From Candidatus Binatia bacterium (GTDB taxonomy: Bacteria > Desulfobacterota > Binatia > Bin18): a stretch of 64,000 bases of DNA. The position numbers and the translations under genes are program-made. A model generated the notes under the pieces. It was not told the origin of the DNA, searched no databases, and worked only from the letters and a program-made list of their open reading frames with translations. The stretch spans positions 480,001 to 544,000 of the forward strand of contig CAXXHG010000043.1 of assembly GCA_963666315.2 (NCBI GenBank), given 5' to 3'. The number at the start of each line of letters is the position of its first letter. Within the stretch, counting starts at the first letter, position 1. Below, piece after piece: positions 29,134 through 37,898 of the stretch.

Positions 29134-29801
29134 ATGGCATCAGATATACAGTTCCACTACTTCCACGGAAGAGGCATCGGAGAGCCGATCCGCCTGCTGT
29201 TCACCGTGGGTGAGATCGAATTTACAGACCATCGTTATACCGTGGACCGAATTCGCCGATATGGCGGCGTTCAAAGCACAGCTGCCTTTCGGACAAATGC
29301 CTGCCCTTGAGGTAGACGGCGTATTCATAGGGCAGACGGACAGCATTGCGCGTCTAGCTGCGCGCTTAGCTGGTTTGTATCCGTCGGATCCTATTGAGGC
29401 AGCGCGCAGTGACATGATCGTCGTGCACCAAGCGGAAATTCAGTCTGCCATCGCAAAGATGAGCTTCGATGGCGTTCCCGGTACTCCAGAGATGAAAATG
29501 GTTCCGCAAGAAGAGAGGCAGAAACGCATCGCCGCATTTTGCGAGACGAAGCTTCCCGGCCTTCTGCTACGCCTAGAGCATCTGCCACAGGAATCCTGCA
29601 TGGGTGGGGTCGCAGCTGTCGTGGGCTGATATTTCTGTCTTCAATCGGTTGAACCAACTACTCGACATGAATGAAAACGTATTGCAGCCTGACTTCCCAA
29701 AACTGCAGGCGGTATACGAAAGAGTCGAGGCGTTACCGCAAATCCAGTCATGGATGCAGATGCACAAAGACGACTATCCCAGATGCGAAGCAGGGGGCTA
29801 A
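29134..29801 (+). pseudogene. Sigma-class-like glutathione S-transferase, two +1 frameshifts
   Basis: YFHGRGIGEPIRLLF, LPFGQMPALEVDG..GQTDSIAR, LSWADI; shifts near 29248 and 29606. Confidence 0.85.
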
Positions 29802-29820
29802 GGGGTATTTACGAAGCCGA

Positions 29821-31218
29821 TCAACTCGATGTGACAGGTCTCAAACCTTCCGACGTGAAGGGATACGGAAGAAGATGCTCTTCCGCATTCAAGTCGTGAA
29901 TCGAAGCACAGCCTAGGAGCCGCATGGTATCCTCAATTTCTTTTTTCAGGATGGCAAACGCCTTGCGAACCCCCGCCTCGCCACCCGCCCCAAGACCGTA
30001 TACATATGCCCGTCCAGCCAGCACGGCATCGGCGCCATGGGCTAAGGCAATGACCACATCTCCGCCGGAACGAATGCCTCCGTCTAACAAGATCTTCATC
30101 TTGGAGCCTTTGAGTTTGGACGCAATGTCTTTTAGTACGTACAAGGTCGGGTAGACGCGATCCATCTGGCGTCCGCCATGGTTAGATATGATAATGCCGT
30201 CCACTCCATGTTCGACCGCGAGCTGGGCATCTTCGACACACTGCACACCCTTCATGAGGATGGGCTTATCCTTGCCCCAGACTTCTCGAATCCAGGGTAG
30301 ATGCTCCCACGTGACGACCGAAGCGCGCAGCTGAGCTCCAACGTCCGCGTATGGCATTGGCTGTCCATTATTCAGAATAACATTCCGGAATTGCATCATC
30401 CCGCCGTCCGCGTAAAAGCTCTTCAGCCAGGAGAGATGGGGTAGCATTTGGGGGCCAAATTTCAGTTTCTGGAATGGCGTGCCATTAATTGCTTGTGAGG
30501 CGCCTAACCATTCGTGCTGGGCACGATTCCCCGCGACAGCCGTATCTATAGTGAGCACGAGCGCAGAATAGCCCGCGTTTTTTGCGCGCTCGATGCCTCG
30601 TGCTGCGACGTCTTTCCCACCAACGAGATACAGCTGATACCAACACGGTCCTTGTGAGGCAGCTCTGACTTCTTCTAGATCAGTCCCCGTCATCGTTGAG
30701 AGGGTGCATATTGTCCCTGCTTCGCCGACCGCCTTGGCAGCGACGGCCTCTCCACGGGGCCAGAGCATGCGGGTGCTGCCTATCGGAGCGGCTATAACGG
30801 GCAGACCAATGGTGTGGCCTAGAATTTCAGTCTGCATCTCGACTGAGTCTAGCTGTATCGCAGATCTCGGCTTAAAACGTTCTCTTTGAAAGGCTTCGAC
30901 ATTGTCTCTGAGCGTGATTTCATTGTCGGCTCCACCACGATAATACTCTCTCACAATCGGTGGCACGCGCTTCTCCATCACCTGCCGGAGATGATCTATG
31001 CTGATGCATTTTTCGACCTTTCTCGCCCAGCGCTCAGCACTCCTGGCATGCGCGCGTTGGAGGTAGGGTTGAAGCACCCGCAGTCCAGCGTTTTGTCCAC
31101 TGAGTCGAAGTCCGCCAGCCTCTTCAGCAGGGGCAGCTGTTGTATGAGAATGCTTCACCGAAGCTGAGGGATCAGGAGCTTGCTCTAGAGTTCGTTCGAG
31201 AGGTCGCGGGTGAGTCAT
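29821..31218 (-). CDS. FMN-dependent alpha-hydroxy-acid oxidase/dehydrogenase
   Basis: YYRGGA..TLRDN, WYQLY, LTIDT, SNHGGRQMD, DGGIRSG; start codon uncertain. Confidence 0.92.
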   Translation of the reverse strand: MTHPRPLERTLEQAPDPSASVKHSHTTAAPAEEAGGLRLSGQNAGLRVLQPYLQRAHARSAERWARKVEKCISIDHLRQVMEKRVPPIVREYYRGGADNEITLRDNVEAFQRERFKPRSAIQLDSVEMQTEILGHTIGLPVIAAPIGSTRMLWPRGEAVAAKAVGEAGTICTLSTMTGTDLEEVRAASQGPCWYQLYLVGGKDVAARGIERAKNAGYSALVLTIDTAVAGNRAQHEWLGASQAINGTPFQKLKFGPQMLPHLSWLKSFYADGGMMQFRNVILNNGQPMPYADVGAQLRASVVTWEHLPWIREVWGKDKPILMKGVQCVEDAQLAVEHGVDGIIISNHGGRQMDRVYPTLYVLKDIASKLKGSKMKILLDGGIRSGGDVVIALAHGADAVLAGRAYVYGLGAGGEAGVRKAFAILKKEIEDTMRLLGCASIHDLNAEEHLLPYPFTSEGLRPVTSS

Positions 31219-31276
31219 AGCTGCAATGCTCCATGCAATGCTCGGATAATGCTTGGATGAGGCTCGTATTGAGGCC

Positions 31277-32305
31277 TCATCCAAACTTCGGCATGACCTG
31301 CGTGGCGAACAGCTCCATTGAGCGTTCGGACTGGGTTTGGGTCAGACCACCCCAGGCGAATGATCCCAAAATATAATTGCAGCCACTGGTCTCAAAGAAG
31401 CTGGCAATGGCGTCCTGCACTCGACTGGGCGAGCCGACGATGGCGACGTCGAGGCTGCGGGCGACATCCAGGTCCGGGGTGAACAAGGTGTGAGCAACAC
31501 CAAAGTCCAGCCACAGTTTTTCGATGTTGTCGTAATGCTTTTTGTAGGCCGGCGTAGCAATGGTCTCGGCTTCCTGATCGGTCTCGGCCACAAAAATATG
31601 CCGCAAGGCGCCCATCTTGGGCGCTTCAATATGCGGGTTGAGATTCAGCGGATTATCGCGGTTTTGGGACCACATGTCTTGATACTGAGCCGTCAGTTTC
31701 TTGAGTCCATTATTCGGTCCGCCGCTGGCCATGTGCATGCCGCGCTCGGCGGCAAATTGGAGGCTGTTCGGATTGACGACACCATACCAAAAGGGTGGAT
31801 TCGGCGTTTGCTTGGGGTGAAGTTCAATGGGCACGTCTACGCATTCATAATGCCGACCCTGATACGACAGGCGCTCTTGGCGTAGGCCCGCCACGACCAT
31901 CTCAAGCGCTTCTTGAAACATCGCGCGCGAATGCAGAAAAGGCACCCCAAAGTACGCCTGTTCAAAGGGCGAGACGCCTCGGCCCACACCGATCTCTAAG
32001 CGTCCGTTACTCATATGATCGAGCATGCAGATTTCTTCAATAAGTCGTAGCGGATGATACAGCGGCAGCAAATAGACGAGCGGACCCAAGCGGATGCGCT
32101 TGGTGTGTTGTATTGCCGCTGCCAGGAATAGACTCGGCGATGGGGCCATACCCAGCGGCGTGGCATGGTGTTCGGCCAAGTGATAGCAGTAAAAACCCGC
32201 CTCGTCGGCCATTTTCAGCAGCCGCAGCCGCCCGTCATACAGTGCACCGAGCGTGTCTTCTCTGCGCTCCTGATGGTCAAATATCCCAAAAGCAACACTA
32301 CTCAT
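31277..32305 (-). CDS. LLM class flavin-dependent oxidoreductase
   Basis: YHLAEHH, LGPLVYLLPLYHPLRL, GVGRG. Confidence 0.92.
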   Translation of the reverse strand: MSSVAFGIFDHQERREDTLGALYDGRLRLLKMADEAGFYCYHLAEHHATPLGMAPSPSLFLAAAIQHTKRIRLGPLVYLLPLYHPLRLIEEICMLDHMSNGRLEIGVGRGVSPFEQAYFGVPFLHSRAMFQEALEMVVAGLRQERLSYQGRHYECVDVPIELHPKQTPNPPFWYGVVNPNSLQFAAERGMHMASGGPNNGLKKLTAQYQDMWSQNRDNPLNLNPHIEAPKMGALRHIFVAETDQEAETIATPAYKKHYDNIEKLWLDFGVAHTLFTPDLDVARSLDVAIVGSPSRVQDAIASFFETSGCNYILGSFAWGGLTQTQSERSMELFATQVMPKFG

Positions 32306-32338
32306 TATTGATGACCCCTTGTATTCCGCGTCTGCCTT

Positions 32339-33304
32339 TTACCCCATGCGAGGCAACACGTATTCGGTGAACTGCATGAAGCTTTCATGGCTCAACGGTG
32401 CGCCAATGATATAGTCCAAATGGATCTCCTCTTTGAGGCGGGCGAGTTCGTCCACAACCTTCTCCGGCGTGCCGTGAATGACAACATTGTCAACATAGCG
32501 TTGGATCGGGTCCTCGTCCCCATACATTTCTGGCGGTACATAGGTCTTGATAAGCCACTTTGCCCCCTCGCGTGCGACTTCGATCGCTTTTTCTTCCGTT
32601 GGCGCAATAGCGAGCAGGCGGGCCATGGGTGTCTGACGGCCTTCAATAGAATGGCCGTGAGCTTCGAGTGTATCTCTATACAACTCCCACTTCTTGCCAA
32701 GCTCGACATGCGTGGCGTGTGGGTCCATGAGAATCGAATGACCCTCAGAGGCGGCCCACTCGATTGCTCCCGGAGAAGAAGCCGCCGTCCAGACCGGTGG
32801 ATGCGGCTTTTGCAGCGGCTTGGGGAGTACTTCCACATTATCGAAGGAGAAATACTTACCGTTGTAAGTGAGACGGTCATTGGTCCAGGCTTTGACTACA
32901 ATGTCTACGGTTTCTCGAAAGCGGGCGTGGCTTTCTTCAACCGGTACCCCGAAGGCTTTGAACTCATTCATGTCAAAGCCGCGTCCGGCTCCCCAGTTCA
33001 CCCGACCGCCGGAAAGTGTGTCGAGCAAGGCGATTTCCTCGGCCAGGCGGAGCGGGTGGTAGAAAGCGGCCAAGCAGACGCCGGTGCCGATGCGCAGGTT
33101 CTTGGTACGAGCTGCCGCATAGCTGCCAAGGACTGGAATAGACGGACAAACGCTGTAGTCGGTAAAATGATGCTCGGTGAGCCATACCGCGTCATAGCCG
33201 TTTTGATCCATAATCTCGATACGTTCCAGCGCCCGCTGGTAGACGGTTGAGAGTGCGGTGCGACGTCCAGGCCAGCTAAAGAATTGCAGGATGCCAAATT
33301 CCAC
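32339..33304 (-). CDS. LLM class flavin-dependent oxidoreductase
   Basis: WLTEHHF, YHPLRLAEE, GAGRG, PKPLQKPHPP. Confidence 0.92.
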   Translation of the reverse strand: MEFGILQFFSWPGRRTALSTVYQRALERIEIMDQNGYDAVWLTEHHFTDYSVCPSIPVLGSYAAARTKNLRIGTGVCLAAFYHPLRLAEEIALLDTLSGGRVNWGAGRGFDMNEFKAFGVPVEESHARFRETVDIVVKAWTNDRLTYNGKYFSFDNVEVLPKPLQKPHPPVWTAASSPGAIEWAASEGHSILMDPHATHVELGKKWELYRDTLEAHGHSIEGRQTPMARLLAIAPTEEKAIEVAREGAKWLIKTYVPPEMYGDEDPIQRYVDNVVIHGTPEKVVDELARLKEEIHLDYIIGAPLSHESFMQFTEYVLPRMG

Positions 33305-33444
33305 AGTGTTCTCCTCGGGGCGGATTATTGTTCCAGATTAGTGTAGCGAGAAGCGGGGATAAGTCTGCCCCCTGTCGTAGCTACTCACCCAACCTGTGAG
33401 AGATACGCAAGCAAGACGCGAGAAGTACGGAGTAAAGGAGAAAG

Positions 33445-33680
33445 GAATCTTTACCACGCAGCTAAGTAAGCTGTCTTCAAAGCGGCAAGTCACTGTTCCC
33501 AAAGAAGTGCGTGAGGTCTTAGATCTCACGCCGGGAGATATGGTGGCGTACGATATAGAGCAAGGAACCGTGACCTTACGCCGTGCTGAGCCATTTGACG
33601 CGGCCTTTCACAAATCGTTGTCTGCCACGTTAGATGAGTGGGAGACGCCAGAAGACGATGAAGCCTTTCGTGATTTATAA
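33445..33680 (+). CDS. AbrB/MazE/SpoVT-family antitoxin (start codon unclear)
   Basis: SKLSSKRQVTVPKEVREVLDLTPGD..LDEWETPEDDEAFRDL; overlapping GTG-IYKR toxin-like stub stops at 33693. Confidence 0.75.
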
Positions 33681-33876
33681 GCGTTGCGTTTAAAGATTTT
33701 TACACTCGCCTGTAGGCTGATTCTGAGACAAAGCGACGCTTGTACCCAGAAAGATCGGACGAATGTCTTGAAAGCCCTGCGCGACCACGTGTTCTCCACT
33801 GTATAGCTCCTCTCTTTTTTCCTGTTTTTGCTTGTTCGAGGATTGCTATCGCAACCCCGCCTTTCTATCCTCGCTC

Positions 33877-33932
33877 TTGACTTAATTGATCGCTCGCTTC
33901 ATTATGGAGATGATCGATCATACGATCAATTC
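33877..33932 (+). promoter_or_regulatory. Promoter TTGACT-N17-CATTAT with inverted repeat (candidate TetR operator)
   Basis: aattgatcg (33884) and cgatcaatt (about 33924) flank the -10 element. Confidence 0.55.
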
Positions 33933-33963
33933 AATAGCTCTACCGATCAGAGAAGAAATCGCA

Positions 33964-34647
33964 GTGGCACGCCCTGTTAAAACAGCGCACTCGCCTGACT
34001 ATCAGGCCACAATCTGCACCGTCGCCCAAGCCTTGTTCGCCGAACGGGGCTTTGCCGGTACGACCATCCGAGAGATTGCCGAACAGACCGGTGTCAGATC
34101 GAGCCTGCTGTACCACTACTTCTCCAGCAAAGAAGCGTTATATCTGTCGCTGCTGGAGGCAGCCGTCAGTGAGCTCGTTGCGCAGGCGGAACACATTGCG
34201 GCCAGCGTGGACACCCCAGAGGAAAAAATTCGTCGCTTTGTCCAGGCTTTTCGCGAGCACTTCCAGGCCCATCCGCAGCGCTTTCGGCTGGTCCAGCGGG
34301 CGGTTGATGAATACAGCCCCACCGCGCAAGTCCTAGTGCGACGCTGGTTTTCGCGCGTGTTCAGTGCCTTTCACGCCATCACCACCGAAGGCGTCAAGCA
34401 AGGGCTCTTCAAACCGCTACCGCCGCCCCTGCTGTCCTTTGCTATCGCCGCGCTCCTCGAACAAACCATGCGCCTCCATAAGCTCGTGGGGGATATGAGC
34501 CCGGACCTGTCTGGTGCGTACCTGTTTGAGGAGCTGGCAGATCTTATAGTGGCCCTGCTCCAGACCGATGTGCCCAAGAGAAGCGTCCCTGTTCGCTGCG
34601 GCAAGAAACGTCCGCCAAGTAAAAATCCAAGGAGTAGTACCCCCTAA
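33964..34647 (+). CDS. TetR/AcrR family regulator (copy 1)
   Basis: ALFAERGFAGTTIREIA..LLYHYFSSKEALY; paralog of 40758-41450. Confidence 0.92.
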   Translation: MARPVKTAHSPDYQATICTVAQALFAERGFAGTTIREIAEQTGVRSSLLYHYFSSKEALYLSLLEAAVSELVAQAEHIAASVDTPEEKIRRFVQAFREHFQAHPQRFRLVQRAVDEYSPTAQVLVRRWFSRVFSAFHAITTEGVKQGLFKPLPPPLLSFAIAALLEQTMRLHKLVGDMSPDLSGAYLFEELADLIVALLQTDVPKRSVPVRCGKKRPPSKNPRSSTP

Positions 34648-35125
34648 TGGAAGCATTCTTTCGAACCGTCATCCGCTTTCGATGGCTCGTCATTACGCAG
34701 TACCATCCTGGCGGCACTCCCGATTCAAACATTACGCTTTGAGGGCGATGTTGACGCCGTCTTCCCATTCGATGATCCGATCCTCGCCTATAGTAAAGTG
34801 GTTGAAGAACGATTCGGCATCCGTGATCTCATTATGATCGGGGTACTGAACGATAACCCCGACGAGAATGGCGTCTTTAACCCACGGACTTTGGGCATTG
34901 TCAAAGAGTTTTCGCAACACATTGCCCTGCTACCTGGAATCAAAGCAATCTGGGACGAAGATGTGGCCAGTATCGCCACTATGGATAATATCACTGGCAC
35001 CGTTGACGGTATGAACGTTGAATCGTTTTAAACCGCGTTTTGTGTACGGCGAAGAAAAGGCTGCTGTCATGACCCCTTCGCTGCGGCAAGAAACGTCTGC
35101 TGAGCAAGAAGTGTCTGTCGGATAA
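34647..35125 (+). pseudogene. MMPL/RND transporter remnant (5' ~125 codons joined to the FKPRFVYGE tail)
   Basis: MEAFFR..GVLNDNPDENGVFNPRTLG..MDNITGT, then directly the shared 3' motif tttaaaccgcgttttgtgtacggcgaa. Confidence 0.9.
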
Positions 35126-35143
35126 GAAGCTCAGGAGAACACC

Positions 35144-37648
35144 ATGGCTGAATCTTTTTTTCGTGGCATCATTCGTTTCCGTTGGTTGATTATCGCCCTC
35201 GTCCTGAGCTGCACGGTGGTGGCCTGGCTGCAGCTGAGCAAGCTGCGCTTTGATGCTGATCTGGAGGCCATGATCCCGCCCGACGATCCTGTGCAATCCT
35301 ATAATAATATGGTCGAAGACCGCTTTGGCATCCGCGACCTGATTATTATTGGTGTGTTGAACAACAACCCGGACGAAAATGGCGTTTTCAACCCCCGGAC
35401 GTTAGGCATCGTCAAGGAGTTCTCCGAGCAGATTGCGCTGTTGCCGGGGATTAAGGCCATCCGGGATGAAGACGTAGCCAGTGTCGCCACCATGGACAAT
35501 ATTACGGGCACGGCTGACGGTATGGCCGTTGATCCGTTTATGGAAGACGTGCCGCACACATCTGAAGCCCTCACGAAGCTGCAGACCAATCTGTTTAGCA
35601 ACTCCATGTTTGTGAATTGGCTAGTCTCAGCGGACAGCACCGGCCTACTCATTACGGCCAAGATGGAAGAGGCTGGGGGCACGCTTGAGGGCGTGGCCCG
35701 CCGAGCGGCCATCTACACGACGATCAGACAGATGGTCCAGGCCAAACAAGCGACCGGTGTACCTGAGCAATTTTATATCGCCGGTCGGGGTGCCGTTGAG
35801 GTGACGATTACTGAATATAGCGAGCAAGAAATGGCTAAATTTATGCCGTTTATCTTGCTGGTTGTCGTGGGGACGCTGTACTTCACCTATCGTAGCCTGC
35901 GCGGTGTCCTCCTGCCCTTGGCGGTTGTCGTCGTGTCGGTGATCTGGACCTTAGGCGTCATGGCGGCGGCGAACGTTGCGATGTACGTTTTTTCGACCAT
36001 GATACCGGTCGTACTGATGGCGATCGGGGTGGCGGATGGAATTCATATACTGAGTCGCTACTATGACGAGATCTTGGAGCACCCAGAGACTTCCTCGGCT
36101 GAGGCCGTCGTGGCCGCGATGCTGGAGATGTGGCAGCCGGTGGTGTTCACCTCACTGACGACGGCCGCCGGCTTCTTGTCGTTTCTGACCGCCCCGATAC
36201 CCCCGATCCAAGAATTTGGGCTGTTTACCGCCATCGGGGTGTTAGCGGCGATGGTGTTTTCGTTGACCTTTTTCCCAGCCGTGCTGTCCATGCTACCGGC
36301 CAAGGTGACTGGTAGCTTAGTCCGCCAGATGGGCAGTAGTGGGGACCTGGCGGCGACCGGCTGGACCGCTCGGACGCTGGCCGTCCTAGGCCGCGGGGTG
36401 GCCCGGCATCCCCGGCTGGTCTGGCTGCCTACGCTGGTGATCGTTGGGGTCTGTTTGGCCGGCACATGGCATATCCCGGTCGAGTCATCGCCTCTTGGTG
36501 TGTTTCCGCTCGACAGTCCCTTGCGCAGGGCTGATCGGGTCTTGCGTGACACCTTCCAAGGCACGACGCCGGTGTATGTTGCGATTGAAGGGCATGAGCC
36601 TGATCTGCTGAAAGATCCCGGTCTGCTGGCCAAAATTGACCAGATGCAGACGGCAGTCGAACAAGACCCGATGGTCGGTGGTTCGGTGTCACTGGCTGAG
36701 TATGTGAAGCGCATGCACCGAATCATGAATGAGGACCGGCCAGAGATGGAGTTCATCCCCAGGGACCGCGACCTGGTGGCTCAATATCTCCTGCTGTATT
36801 CGTTCTCCGGTGATCCGGATGATTTCGAGGAGGTCGTGGATTACGATTACCAGCATGCCAATGTAGCGTTTTACCTGCGCTCTGATAGCACCGAAGATGT
36901 GCAGCGCGTCGTCCAGCGGATACAAGACTTTGCGGTGAAGGAGTTTGGGCGTACTGAGTCGGTTGATGCGAGCGGGGACCCGCTGTCCTTACGCTTCGGG
37001 CGTTGGCTGATCGGCATCAAGCCGACGATCGCCAATTGGGAAACCGAGAGTGGCTTTCGGATTGGCTTTGCTGGCAACGGGTATTTCATTAACCGGATGT
37101 GCGAACTGGTCATCAGTGGCCTGACCAGCAGCCTGGTGACGTCACTCGGGGCGGTGTTTGTCCTGACTGCACTCATGTTCCGATCCGTCACGGCAGGCTT
37201 GATTAATATTATTCCGATTAGTGTGGTCAGCATCTTTAGCTTAGGCCTGCTGGGGCTGCTCCAGAGTCCTTTGCAGGTGGGGAAATCCATCACCTTTGCG
37301 ATGGTGATTGGGGTCGGAATCGATTATACGATTCACTTTCTGAACAAGTATCGCAGCAAAGTCCGGGAGGGCTTGATCGACCCGGAAGCGATTACCCTGG
37401 CGACCATGGCCACTTCGGGCAAAGCCATCTTTTTTAATGCCATCGTGGTCATGGGCGGGTTCGCCGTCTTGCTGGCTTCGAACTTTCTGCCTAATTGGCA
37501 CCTGGGAGCGATGATGGTGCTGAACATGGGGGCATGTCTGGTTGCCTCGATGACGATCCTGCCGATGGTCCTGAATATCTTTAAACCGCGTTTTGTGTAC
37601 GGAGAAAAGGAAGCGCCACTCGTAGCATCCAAAGAATCTGAGCTTTAA
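35144..37648 (+). CDS. MMPL/RND-superfamily transporter (paralog 1)
   Basis: 834 aa, two MMPL halves, AIGVADGIH, TSLTTAAGF, GVGIDYTIHF. Confidence 0.93.
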   Translation: MAESFFRGIIRFRWLIIALVLSCTVVAWLQLSKLRFDADLEAMIPPDDPVQSYNNMVEDRFGIRDLIIIGVLNNNPDENGVFNPRTLGIVKEFSEQIALLPGIKAIRDEDVASVATMDNITGTADGMAVDPFMEDVPHTSEALTKLQTNLFSNSMFVNWLVSADSTGLLITAKMEEAGGTLEGVARRAAIYTTIRQMVQAKQATGVPEQFYIAGRGAVEVTITEYSEQEMAKFMPFILLVVVGTLYFTYRSLRGVLLPLAVVVVSVIWTLGVMAAANVAMYVFSTMIPVVLMAIGVADGIHILSRYYDEILEHPETSSAEAVVAAMLEMWQPVVFTSLTTAAGFLSFLTAPIPPIQEFGLFTAIGVLAAMVFSLTFFPAVLSMLPAKVTGSLVRQMGSSGDLAATGWTARTLAVLGRGVARHPRLVWLPTLVIVGVCLAGTWHIPVESSPLGVFPLDSPLRRADRVLRDTFQGTTPVYVAIEGHEPDLLKDPGLLAKIDQMQTAVEQDPMVGGSVSLAEYVKRMHRIMNEDRPEMEFIPRDRDLVAQYLLLYSFSGDPDDFEEVVDYDYQHANVAFYLRSDSTEDVQRVVQRIQDFAVKEFGRTESVDASGDPLSLRFGRWLIGIKPTIANWETESGFRIGFAGNGYFINRMCELVISGLTSSLVTSLGAVFVLTALMFRSVTAGLINIIPISVVSIFSLGLLGLLQSPLQVGKSITFAMVIGVGIDYTIHFLNKYRSKVREGLIDPEAITLATMATSGKAIFFNAIVVMGGFAVLLASNFLPNWHLGAMMVLNMGACLVASMTILPMVLNIFKPRFVYGEKEAPLVASKESEL

Positions 37649-37713
37649 TATCTGTGAACTCACGCTCTAGTGGCATTTCCAAGTCGAAAATGTACGTTGT
37701 CTTATTGCCGTTC

Positions 37714-37817
37714 CCCTTCGACAGGCTTAGGGCGAATGGGGAGAGCGCTACTAGACCAGACACGTCCGTACTGAGCTTGTCGAAGCCCGTCCTGAGCCCA
37801 GCCGAAGGGTATGAACG
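37714..37817. repeat. REP-like repeat family A, compound inverted copy
   Basis: cccttcgacaggcttagggcgaatgg..ctgagcttgtcgaagcccgtcctgagcccagccgaaggg. Confidence 0.75.
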
Positions 37818-37898
37818 CCCACGAATGGACGACTTCCAGGTAGGCGCAGTACTAACGTCTATTTGGAAGTGTAAGAACTGTAAGGAGCTATCGTAAAC

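Noticed and set aside
33608-33799. Minus-strand ORF MENTWSRRAF with good RBS and a twin-arginine-like motif
   Set aside because: Runs antisense into the AbrB gene with no recognisable domain; possibly a truncated remnant but not supportable
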